NCBI RefSeq assembly: GCF_009914755.1
Contig: NC_060932.1
From: the human T2T-CHM13v2.0 reference genome, Homo sapiens
Length of the DNA stretch: 64,000 nt
Direction: 5' to 3' (one strand)
Part shown: positions 1-12,000 of the stretch, piece by piece
Layout of the letters: every line of letters starts with the position of its first letter
Position numbering within the stretch: the stretch's first letter is position 1
The notes under the pieces: model-generated
What the model saw: the letters and a program-made list of their open reading frames with translations, nothing else
Told to the model about the DNA's origin: nothing
The model's database searches: none
Position numbers and translations under genes: made by a program

Positions 1-101
1 TATCTACTCAACTAACTGTGCTGAACATTTCTATTGATAGAGCAGTTTTGAGACACTCTTCTTTTGGAATCTGCAAGTGGATATTTGGATAGATTTGAGG
101 A

Positions 102-118
102 TTTCGTTGGAAACGGGA
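102..118 (+). promoter_or_regulatory. CENP-B box (representative; four per typical 8-mer, ~every 340 bp, in m1, m3'/X3, m5, m7)
   Basis: TTTCGTTGGAAACGGGA fits the 17-bp CENP-B consensus NTTCGNNNNANNCGGGN. Confidence 0.95.
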
Positions 119-781
119 TTATATATCAAAAGTAGACAGCAGCATTCTCAGAAACTTCTTTGTGATGTTTGCATCCAGCTCTCAGAGTTGAACATTCCCT
201 TTCATAGAGTAGGTTTGAAACCCTCTTTTTATAGTGTCTGGAAGCGGGCATTTGGAGCGCTTTCAGGCCTATGCTGAAAAAGGAAATATCTACCTATAGA
301 AACTAGACAGAAGCATTCTGAGAATCACGTTTGTGATGTGGGTACTCAACTAACAGTGTTGATCCATTCTTTTGATACAGCAGTTTTGAACCACACTTTT
401 TGTAGAATCTGGAAGTGGATATTTGGAAAGCTTTGAGGATTTCGTTGGAAACGGGAATATCTTCAAATAAAATCTAGCCAGAAGCATTCTAAGAAACATC
501 TTAGGGATGTTTACATTCAAGTCACAGAGTTGAACATTCCCTTTCACAGAGCAGGTTTGAAACAATCTTCTCGTACTATCTGGCAGTGGACATTTTGAGC
601 TCCTTGGGGCCTATGCTGAAAAAGGAAATATCTTCCGACAAAAACTAGACAGAAGCATTCGCAGAATCACGTTTGTGATGTGTGCACTCAACTGTCAGAA
701 TTGAACCTTGGTTTGGACAGAGCACTTTTGAAACACTCTTTTTGTAGAATCTGCAGGTGGATATTTGGCTAGCTTTGAGGA

Positions 782-798
782 TTTCGTTGGAAACGGTA
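782..798 (+). promoter_or_regulatory. Degenerate CENP-B box of monomer X3 (representative; present in every 6/7-mer)
   Basis: TTTCGTTGGAAACGGTA: required CGGG is CGGT. Confidence 0.85.
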
Positions 799-997
799 AT
801 GTCTTCAAAGAAAATCTAGACAGAAGAATTCTCAGAAACACCTTCGTGATGTTTGCAATCAAGTCACAGAGTTGAACCTTCCGTTTCATAGAGCAGGTTG
901 GAAACACTCTTTTTGTAGTATCTGGAAGTGGACATTTGGAGGGCTTTGTAGCCTATCTGGAAAAAGGAAATATCTTCCCATGAATGCGAGATAGAAG

Positions 998-2189
998 TAA
1001 TCTCAGAAACATGTTTATGCTGTATCTACTCAACTAACTGTGCTGAACATTTCTATTGATAGAGCAGTTTTGAGACACTCTTCTTTTGGAATCTGCAAGT
1101 GGATATTTGGATAGATTTGAGGATTTCGTTGGAAACGGGATTATATATAAAAAGTAGACAGCAGCATTCTCAGAAACTTCTTTGTGATGTTTGCATCCAG
1201 CTCTCAGAGTTGAACATTCCCTTTCATAGAGTAGGTTTGAAACCCTCTTTTTATAGTGTCTGGAAGCGGGCATTTGGAGCGCTTTCAGGCCTATGCTGAA
1301 AAAGGAAATATCTACCTATAGAAACTAGACAGAAGCATTCTGAGAATCACGTTTGTGATGTGGGTACTCAACTAACAGTGTTGATCCATTCTTTTGATAC
1401 AGCAGTTTTGAACCACACTTTTTGTAGAATCTGCAAGTGGATATTTGGATAGCTGTGAGGATTTCGTTGGAAACGGGAATGTCTTCATAGAAAATTTAGA
1501 CAGAAGCATTCTCAGAACCTTGATTGTGATGTGTGTTCTCCACTAACAGAGTTGAACCTTTCTTTTGACAGAACTGTTCTGAAACATTCTTTTTGTAGAA
1601 TCTGGAAGTGGATATTTGGAAAGCTTTGAGGATTTCGTTGGAAACGGGAATATCTTCAAATAAAATCTAGCCAGAAGCATTCTAAGAAACATCTTAGGGA
1701 TGTTTACATTCAAGTCACAGAGTTGAACATTCCCTTTCACAGAGCAGGTTTGAAACAATCTTCTCGTACTATCTGGCAGTGGACATTTTGAGCTCCTTGG
1801 GGCCTATGCTGAAAAAGGAAATATCTTCCGACAAAAACTAGACAGAAGCATTCGCAGAATCACGTTTGTGATGTGTGCATCAACTGTCAGAATTGAACCT
1901 TGGTTTGGACAGAGCACTTTTGAAACACTCTTTTTGTAGAATCTGCAGGTGGATATTTGGCTAGCTTTGAGGATTTCGTTGGAAAGGGTAATGTCTTCAA
2001 AGAAAATCTAGACAGAAGCATTCTCAGAAACACCTTCGTGATGTTTGCAATCAAGTCACAGAGTTGAACCTTCCGTTTCATAGAGCAGGTTGGAAACACT
2101 CTTTTTGTAGTATCTGGAAGTGGACATTTGGAGGGCTTTGTAGCCTATCTGGAAAAAGGAAATATCTTCCCATGAATGCGAGATAGAAG
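998..2189 (+). repeat. 7-mer HOR (1192 bp; 1-bp deletion near 1879)
   Basis: Spacing 1099->2291. m1 m2 m3' X1 X2 X3 m4/m8; 'gtgcatcaac' instead of 'gtgcactcaac'. Confidence 0.95.
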
Positions 2190-4901
2190 TAATCTCAGAA
2201 ACATGTTTATGCTGTATCTACTCAACTAACTGTGCTGAACATTTCTATTGATAGAGCAGTTTTGAGACACTCTTCTTTTGGAATCTGCAAGTGGATATTT
2301 GGATAGATTTGAGGATTTCGTTGGAAACGGGATTATATATAAAAAGTAGACAGCAGCATTCTCAGAAACTTCTTTGTGATGTTTGCATCCAGCTCTCAGA
2401 GTTGAACATTCCCTTTCATAGAGTAGGTTTGAAACCCTCTTTTTATAGTGTCTGGAAGCGGGCATTTGGAGCGCATTCAGGCCTATGCTTAAAATAGGAA
2501 ATATCTACCTACAGAAACTAGACAGAAGCATTCTGAGAATCACGTTTGTGATGTGGGTACTCAACTAACAGTGTTGATCCATTCTTTTGATACAGCAGTT
2601 TTGAACCACACTTTTTGTAGAATCTGCAAGAGGATATTTGGATAGCTGTGAGGATTTCGTTGGAAACGGGAATGTCTTCAAAGAAAATCTAGACAGAAGC
2701 ATTCTCAGAAACACCTTCGTGATGTTTGCAATCAAGTCACAGAGTTGAACCTTCCGTTTCATAGAGCAGGTTGGAAACACTCTTATTGTAGTGTCTGGAA
2801 GTGGACATTTGGAGCGCTTTCAGGCCTATGGTGAAAAAGGAAATATCTTCCCATAAAAACGACATAGAAGCTATCTCAGGAACTTGTTTATGATGCATCT
2901 AATCAACTAACAGTGTTGAACCTTTCTACTGACAGAGCAGTTTGAAACACTCTTTTTTTGGAATCTGCAAGTGGATATTTGGATCGCTTTGAGGATTTCG
3001 TTGGAAACGGGATGCAATATAAAACGTACACAGCAGCATACTCAGAAAATACTTTGCCATATTTCCATTCAAGTCAGAGAGTGGAACATTCCCATTCATA
3101 GAGCAGGTTTGAAACACTCTTTTTGGAGTATCTGGAAGTGGACATTTGGAGCGCTTTCTGAACTATGGTGAAAAAGGAAATATCTTCCAATGAAAACAAG
3201 ACAGAAGCATTCTGAGAAACTTATTTGTGATGTGTGTCCTCAACAAACGGACTTGAACCTTTCGTTTCATGCAGTACTTCTGGAACACTCTTTTTGAAGA
3301 TTCTGCATGCGGATATTTGGATAGCTTTGAGGATTTCTTTGGAAACGGGCTTACATGTAAAAATTAGACAGCAGCATTCTCAGAAACTTCTTTGTGGTGT
3401 CTGCATTCAAGTCACAGAATTGAACTTCCCCTCACATAGAGCAGTTGTGCAGCACTCTATTTGTAGTATCTGGAAGTGGACATTTGGAGGGCTTTGTAGC
3501 CTATCTGGAAAAAGGAAATATCTTCCCATGAATGCGAGATAGAAGTAATCTCAGAAACATGTTTATGCTGTATCTACTCAACTAACTGTGCTGAACATTT
3601 CTATTGATAGAGCAGTTTTGAGACACTCTTCTTTTGGAATCTGCAAGTGGATATTTGGATAGATTTGAGGATTTCGTTGGAAACGGGATTATATATCAAA
3701 AGTAGACAGCAGCATTCTCAGAAACTTCTTTGTGATGTTTGCATCCAGCTCTCAGAGTTGAACATTCCCTTTCATAGAGTAGGTTTGAAACCCTCTTTTT
3801 ATAGTGTCTGGAAGCGGGCATTTGGAGCGCTTTCAGGCCTATGCTTAAAATAGGAAATATCTACCTACAGAAACTAGACAGAAGCATTCTGAGAATCACG
3901 TTTGTGATGTGGGTACTCAACTAACAGTGTTGATCCATTCTTTTGATACAGCAGTTTTGAACCACACTTTTTGTAGAATCTGCAAGAGGATATTTGGATA
4001 GCTGTGAGGATTTCGTTGGAAACGGGAATGTCTTCAAAGAAAATCTAGACAGAAGCATTCTCAGAAACACCTTCGTGATGTTTGCAATCAAGTCACAGAG
4101 TTGAACCTTCCGTTTCATAGAGCAGGTTGGAAACACTCTTATTGTAGTATCTGGAAGTGGACATTTGGAGCGCTTTCAGGCCTATGGTGAAAAAGGAAAT
4201 ATCTTCCCATAAAAACGACATAGAAGCTATCTCAGGAACTTGTTTATGATGCATCTAATCAACTAACAGTGTTGAACCTTTGTACTGACAGAGCAGTTTG
4301 AAACACTCTTTTTTTGGAATCTGCAAGTGGATATTTGGATCGCTTTGAGGATTTCGTTGGAAACGGGATGCAATATAAAACGTACACAGCAGCATACTCA
4401 GAAAATACTTTGCCATATTTCCATTCAAGTCACAGAGTGGAACATTCCCATTCATAGCGCAGGTTGGAAACACTCTTTTTGGAGTATCTGGAAGTGGACA
4501 TTTGGAGCGCTTTCTGAACTATGGTGAAAAAGGAAATATCTTAAAATGAAAACAAGACAGAAGCATTCTGAGAAACTTATTTGTGATGTGTGTCCTCAAC
4601 AAACGGACTTGAACCTTTCGTTTCATGCAGTACTTCTGGAACACTCTTTTTGAAGATTCTGCATGCGGATATTTGGATAGCTTTGAGGATTTCGTTGGAA
4701 ACGGGCTTACATGTAAAAATTAGACAGCAGCATTCTCAGAAACTTCTTTGTGGTGTCTGCATTCAAGTCACAGAATTGAACTTCCCCTCACATAGAGCAG
4801 TTGTGCAGCACTCTATTTGTAGTATCTCGAAGTGGACATTTGGAGGGCTTTGTAGCCTATCTGGAAAAAGGAAATATCTTCCCATGAATGCGAGATAGAA
4901 G
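2190..4901 (+). repeat. 2 x 8-mer HOR (1356 bp)
   Basis: Anchors 2291, 3647, 5003. Confidence 0.96.
2826..2842 (+). promoter_or_regulatory. pJalpha (A-box)-type site of A monomers (representative)
   Basis: ctatggtgaaaaaggaa occupies the position homologous to the CENP-B box in alternate monomers; exact limits approximate. Confidence 0.75.
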
Positions 4902-6094
4902 TAATCTCAGAAACATGTTTATGCTGTATCTACTCAACTAACTGTGCTGAACATTTCTATTGATAGAGCAGTTTTGAGACACTCTTCTTTTGGAATCTGC
5001 AAGTGGATATTTGGATAGATTTGAGGATTTCGTTGGAAACGGGATTATATATAAAAAGTAGACAGCAGCATTCTCAGAAACTTCTTTGTGATGTTTGCAT
5101 CCAGCTCTCAGAGTTGAACATTCCCTTTCATAGAGTAGGTTTGAAACCCTCTTTTTATAGTGTCTGGAAGCGGGCATTTGGAGCGCTTTCAGGCCTATGC
5201 TTAAAATAGGAAATATCTACCTATAGAAACTAGACAGAAGCATTCTGAGAATCACGTTTGTGATGTGGGTACTCAACTAACAGTGTTGATCCATTCTTTT
5301 GATACAGCAGTTTTGAACCACACTTTTTGTAGAATCTGCAAGTGGATATTTGGATAGCTGTGAGGATTTCGTTGGAAACGGGAATGTCTTCATAGAAAAT
5401 TTAGACAGAAGCATTCTCAGAACCTTGATTGTGATGTGTGTTCTCCACTAACAGAGTTGAACCTTTCTTTTGACAGAACTGTTCTGAAACATTCTTTTTA
5501 TAGAATCTGGAAGTGGATATTTGGAAAGCTTTGAGGATTTCGTTGGAAACGGGAATATCTTCAAATCAAATCTAGCCAGAAGCATTCTAAGAAACATCTT
5601 AGGGATGTTTACATTCAAGTCACAGAGTTGAACATTCCCTTTCACAGAGCAGGTTTGAAACAATCTTCTCGTACTATCTGGCAGTGGACATTTTGAGCTC
5701 CTTGGGGCCTATGCTGAAATAGGAAATATCTTCCGACAAAAACTAGACAGAAGCATTCGCAGAATCACGTTTGTGATGTGTGCACTCAACTGTCAGAATT
5801 GAACCTTGGTTTGGACAGAGCACTTTTGAAACACTCTTTTTGTAGAATCTGCAGGTGGATATTTGGCTAGCTTTGAGGATTTCGTTGGAAACGGTAATGT
5901 CTTCAAAGAAAATCTAGACAGAAGCATTCTCAGAAACAACTTCGTGATGTTTGCAATCAAGTCACAGAGTTGAACCTTCCGTTTCATAGAGCAGGTTGGA
6001 AACACTCTTTTGTAGTATCTGGAAGTGGACATTTGGAGGGCTTTGTAGCCTATCTGGAAAAAGGAAATATCTTCCCATGAATGCGAGATAGAAG
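4902..6094 (+). repeat. 7-mer HOR, left lineage (1193 bp)
   Basis: Anchors 5003->6196. Contains X1-X3; markers gcttaaaatagg, caaatcaaatc, aaacaacttc; T-run one base short near 6007. Confidence 0.95.
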
Positions 6095-9000
6095 TAATCT
6101 CAGAAACATGTTTATGCTGTATCTACTCAACTAACTGTGCTGAACATTTCTATTGATAGAGCAGTTTTGAGACACTCTTCTTTTGGAATCTGCAAGTGGA
6201 TATTTGGATAGATTTGAGGATTTCGTTGGAAACGCGATTATATATAAAAAGTAGACAGCAGCATTCTCAGAAACTTCTTTGTGATGTTTGCATCCAGCTC
6301 TCAGAGTTGAGCATTCCCTTTCATAGAGTAGGTTTGAAACCCTCTTTTTATAGTGTCTGGAAGCGGGCATTTGGAGCGCTTTCAGGCCTATGCTTAAAAT
6401 AGGAAATATCTACCTACAGAAACTAGACAGAAGCATTCTGAGAATCACGTTTGTGATGTGGGTACTCAACTAACAGTGTTGATCCATTCTTTTGATACAG
6501 CAGTTTTGAACCACACTTTTTGTAGAATCTGCAAGTGGATATTTGGATAGCTGTGAGGATTTCGTTGGAAACGGTAATGTCTTCAAAGAAAATCTAGACA
6601 GAAGCATTCTCAGAAACACCTTCGTGATGTTTGCAATCAAGTCACAGAGTTGAACCTTCCGTTTCGTAGAGCAGGTTGGAAACACTCTTATTGTAGTATC
6701 TGGAAGTGGACATTTGGAGCGCTTTCAGGCCTATGGTGAAAAAGGAAATATCTTCCCATAAAAACGACATAGAAGCTATCTCAGGAACTTGTTTCTGATG
6801 CATCTAATCAACTAACAGTGTTGAACCTTTGTACTGACAGAGCACTTTGAAACACTCTTTTTTTGGAATCTGCAAGTGGATATTTGGATCGCTTTGAGGA
6901 TTTCGTTGGAAACGGGATGCAATATAAAACGTACACAGCAGCATACTCAGAAAATACTTTGCCATATTTCCATTCAAGTCACAGAGTGGAACATTCCCAT
7001 TCATAGAGCAGGTTGGAAACACTCTTTTTGGAGTATCTGGAAGTGGACATTTGGAGCGCTTTCTGAACTATGGTGAAAAAGGAAATATCTTCCAATGAAA
7101 ACAAGACAGAAGCATTCTGAGAAACTTATTTGTGATGTGTGTCCTCAACAAACGGACTTGAACCTTTCGTTTCATGCAGTACTTCTGGAACACTCTTTTT
7201 GAAGATTCTGCATGCGGATATTTGGATAGCTTTGAGGATTTCGTTGGAAACGGGCTTACATGTAAAAATTAGACAGCAGCATTCTCAGAAACTTCTTTGT
7301 GGTGTCTGCATTCAAGTCACAGAATTGAACTTCCCCTCACATAGAGCAGTTGTGCAGCACTCTATTTGTAGTATCTGGAAGTGGACATTTGGAGGGCTTT
7401 GTAGCCTATCTGGAAAAAGGAAATATCTTCCCATGAATGCGAGATAGAAGTAATCTCAGAAACATGTTTATGCTGTATCTACTCAACTAACTGTGCTGAA
7501 CATTTCTATTGATAGAGCAGTTTTGAGACACTCTTCTTTTGGAATCTGCAAGTGGATATTTGGATAGATTTGAGGATTTCGTTGGAAACGGGATTATATA
7601 TCAAAAGTAGACAGCAGCATTCTCAGAAACTTCTTTGTGATGTTTGCATCCAGCTCTCAGAGTTGAACATTCCCTTTCATAGAGTAGGTTTGAAACCCTC
7701 TTTTTATAGTGTCTGGAAGCGGGCATTTGGAGCGCTTTCAGGCCTATGCTTAAAATAGGAAATATCTACCTACAGAAACTAGACAGAAGCATTCTGAGAA
7801 TCACGTTTGTGATGTGGGTACTCAACTAACAGTGTTGATCCATTCTTTTGATACAGCAGTTTTGAACCACACTTTTTGTAGAATCTGCAAGAGGATATTT
7901 GGATAGCTGTGAGGATTTCGTTGGAAACGGGAATGTCTTCAAAGAAAATCTAGACAGAAGCATTCTCAGAAACACCTTCGTGATGTTTGCAATCAAGTCA
8001 CAGAGTTGAACCTTCCGTTTCATAGAGCAGGTTGGAAACACTCTTATTGTAGTATCTGGAAGTGGACATTTGGAGCGCTTTCAGGCCTATGGTGAAAAAG
8101 GAAATATCTTCCCATAAAAACGACATCGAAGCTATCTCAGGAACTTGTTTATGATGCATCTAATCAACTAACAGTGTTGAACCTTTGTACTGACAGAGCA
8201 GTTTGAAACACTCTTTTTTTGGAATCTGCAAGTGGATATTTGGATCGCTTTGAGGATTTCGTTGGAAACGGGATGCAATATAAAACGTACACAGCAGCAT
8301 ACTCAGAAAATACTTTGCCATATTTCCATTCAAGTCACAGAGTGGAACATTCCCATTCATAGAGCAGGTTTGAAACACTCTTTTTGGAGTATCTGGAAGT
8401 GGACATTTGGAGCGCTTTCTGAACTATGGTGAAAAAGGAAATATCTTCCAATGAAAACAAGACAGAAGCATTCTGAGAAACTTATTTGTGATGTGTGTCC
8501 TCAACAAACGGACTTGAACCTTTCGTTTCATGCAGTACTTCTGGAACACTCTTTTTGAAGATTCTGCATGCGGATATTTGGATAGCTTTGAGGATTTCGT
8601 TGGAAACGGGCTTATATGTAAAAATTAGACAGCAGCATTCTCAGAAACTTCTTTGTGGTGTCTGCATTCAAGTCACAGAATTGAACTTCCCCTCACATAG
8701 AGCAGTTGTGCAGCACTCTATTTGTAGTATCTGGAAGTGGACATTTGGAGGGCTTTGTAGCCTATCTGGAAAAAGGAAATATCTTCCCATGAATGCGAGA
8801 TAGAAGTAATCTCAGAAACATGTTTATGCTGTATCTACTCAACTAACTGTGCTGAACATTTCTATTGATAGAGCAGTTTTGAGACACTCTTCTTTTGGAA
8901 TCTGCAAGTGGATATTTGGATAGATTTGAGGATTTCGTTGGAAACGGGATTATATATCAAAAGTAGACAGCAGCATTCTCAGAAACTTCTTTGTGATGTT

Positions 9001-12000
9001 TGCATCCAGCTCTCAGAGTTGAACATTCCCTTTCATAGAGTAGGTTTGAAACCCTCTTTTTATAGTGTCTGGAAGCGGGCATTTGGAGCGCTTTCAGGCC
9101 TATGCTTAAAATAGGAAATATCTACCTACAGAAACTAGACAGAAGCATTCTGAGAATCACGTTTGTGATGTGGGTACTCAACTAACAGTGTTGATCCATT
9201 CTTTTGATACAGCAGTTTTGAACCACACTTTTTGTAGAATCTGCAAGAGGATATTTGGATAGCTGTGAGGATTTCGTTGGAAACGGGAATGTCTTCAAAG
9301 AAAATCTAGACAGAAGCATTCTCAGAAACACCTTCGTGATGTTTGCAATCAAGTCACAGAGTTGAACCTTCCGTTTCATAGAGCAGGTTGGAAACACTCT
9401 TATTGTAGTATCTGGAAGTGGACATTTGGAGCGCTTTCAGGCCTATGGTGAAAAAGGAAATATCTTCCCATAAAAACGACATAGAAGCTATCTCAGGAAC
9501 TTGTTTATGATGCATCTAATCAACTAACAGTGTTGAACCTTTGTACTGACAGAGCAGTTTGAAACACTCTTTTTTTGGAATCTGCAAGTGGATATTTGGA
9601 TCGCTTTGAGGATTTCGTTGGAAACGGGATGCAATATAAAACGTACACAGCAGCATACTCAGAAAATACTTTGCCATATTTCCATTCAAGTCACAGAGTG
9701 GAACATTCCCATTCATAGAGCAGGTTTGAAACACTCTTTTTGGAGTATCTGGAAGTGGACATTTGGAGCGCTTTCTGAACTATGGTGAAAAAGGAAATAT
9801 CTTCCAATGAAAACAAGACAGAAGCATTCTGAGAAACTTATTTGTGATGTGTGTCCTCAACAAACGGACTTGAACCTTTCGTTTCATGCAGTACTTCTGG
9901 AACACTCTTTTTGAAGATTCTGCATGCGGATATTTGGATAGCTTTGAGGATTTCGTTGGAAACGGGCTTACATGTAAAAATTAGACAGCAGCATTCTCAG
10001 AAACTTCTTTGTGGTGTCTGCATTCAAGTCACAGAATTGAACTTCCCCTCACATAGAGCAGTTGTGCAGCACTCTATTTGTAGTATCTGGAAGTGGACAT
10101 TTGGAGGGCTTTGTAGCCTATCTGGAAAAAGGAAATATCTTCCCATGAATGCGAGATAGAAGTAATCTCAGAAACATGTTTATGCTGTATCTACTCAACT
10201 AACTGTGCTGAACATTTCTATTGATAGAGCAGTTTTGAGACACTCTTCTTTTGGAATCTGCAAGTGGATATTTGGATAGATTTGAGGATTTCGTTGGAAA
10301 CGGGATTATATATAAAAAGTAGACAGCAGCATTCTCAGAAACTTCTTTGTGATGTTTGCATCCAGCTCTCAGAGTTGAACATTCCCTTTCATAGAGTAGG
10401 TTTGAAACCCTCTTTTTATAGTGTCTGGAAGCGGGCATTTGGAGCGCTTTCAGGCCTATGCTTAAAATAGGAAATATCTACCTACAGAAACTAGACAGAA
10501 GCATTCTGAGAATCACGTTTGTGATGTGGGTACTCAACTAACAGTGTTGATCCATTCTTTTGATACAGCAGTTTTGAACCACACTTTTTGTAGAATCTGC
10601 AAGAGGATATTTGGATAGCTGTGAGGATTTCGTTGGAAACGGGAATGTCTTCAAAGAAAATCTAGACAGAAGCATTCTCAGAAACACCTTCGTGATGTTT
10701 GCAATCAAGTCACAGAGTTGAACCTTCCGTTTCATAGAGCAGGTTGGAAACACTCTTATTGTAGTATCTGGAAGTGGACATTTGGAGCGCTTTCAGGCCT
10801 ATGGTGAAAAAGGAAATATCTTCCCATAACAACGACATAGAAGCTATCTCAGGAACTTGTTTATGATGCATCTAATCAACTAACAGTGTTGAACCTTTCT
10901 ACTGACAGAGCAGTTTGAAACACTCTTTTTTTGGAATCTGCAAGTGGATATTTGGATCGCTTTGAGGATTTCGTTGGAAACGGGATGCAATATAAAACGT
11001 ACACAGCAGCATACTCAGAAAATACTTTGCCATATTTCCATTCAAGTCAGAGAGTGGAACATTCCCATTCATAGAGCAGGTTTGAAACACTCTTTTTGGA
11101 GTATCTGGAAGTGGACATTTGGAGCGCTTTCTGAACTATGGTGAAAAAGGAAATATCTTCCAATGAAAACAAGACAGAAGCATTCTGAGAAACTTATTTG
11201 TGATGTGTGTCCTCAACAAACGGACTTGAACCTTTCGTTTCATGCAGTACTTCTGGAACACTCTTTTTGAAGATTCTGCATGCGGATATTTGGATAGCTT
11301 TGAGGATTTCGTTGGAAACGGGCTTACATGTAAAAATTAGACAGCAGCATTCTCAGAAACTTCTTTGTGGTGTCTGCATTCAAGTCACAGAATTGAACTT
11401 CCCCTCACATAGAGCAGTTGTGCAGCACTCTATTTGTAGTATCTGGAAGTGGACATTTGGAGGGCTTTGTAGCCTATCTGGAAAAAGGAAATATCTTCCC
11501 ATGAATGCGAGATAGAAGTAATCTCAGAAACATGTTTATGCTGTATCTACTCAACTAACTGTGCTGAACATTTCTATTGATAGAGCAGTTTTGAGACACT
11601 CTTCTTTTGGAATCTGCAAGTGGATATTTGGATAGATTTGAGGATTTCGTTGGAAACGGGATTATATATCAAAAGCAGACAGCAGCATTCTCAGAAACTT
11701 CTTTGTGATGTTTGCATCCAGCTCTCAGAGTTGAACATTCCCTTTCATAGAGTAGGTTTGAAACCCTCTTTTTATAGTGTCTGGAAGCGGGCATTTGGAG
11801 CGCTTTCAGGCCTATGCTTAAAATAGGAAATATCTACCTACAGAAACTAGACAGAAGCATTCTGAGAATCACGTTTGTGATGTGGGTACTCAACTAACAG
11901 TGTTGATCCATTCTTTTGATACAGCAGTTTTGAACCACACTTTTTGTAGAATCTGCAAGAGGATATTTGGATAGCTGTGAGGATTTCGTTGGAAACGGGA

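Larger units (their letters stand above)
1..997 (+). repeat. 6-mer HOR variant (1022-bp period; first 25 bp outside window)
   Basis: Anchor spacing 77->1099 = 1022 bp. Monomers m1, m2, m3'/X1 hybrid, X2, X3, m4/m8 hybrid. Confidence 0.93.

Noticed and set aside
1141-1154. TATA-like ttatatataaaaag next to the m1 CENP-B box, polymorphic ata/atc among units
   Set aside because: AT-rich motif expected by chance; nothing in the sequence supports promoter activity. Used only as a lineage marker.
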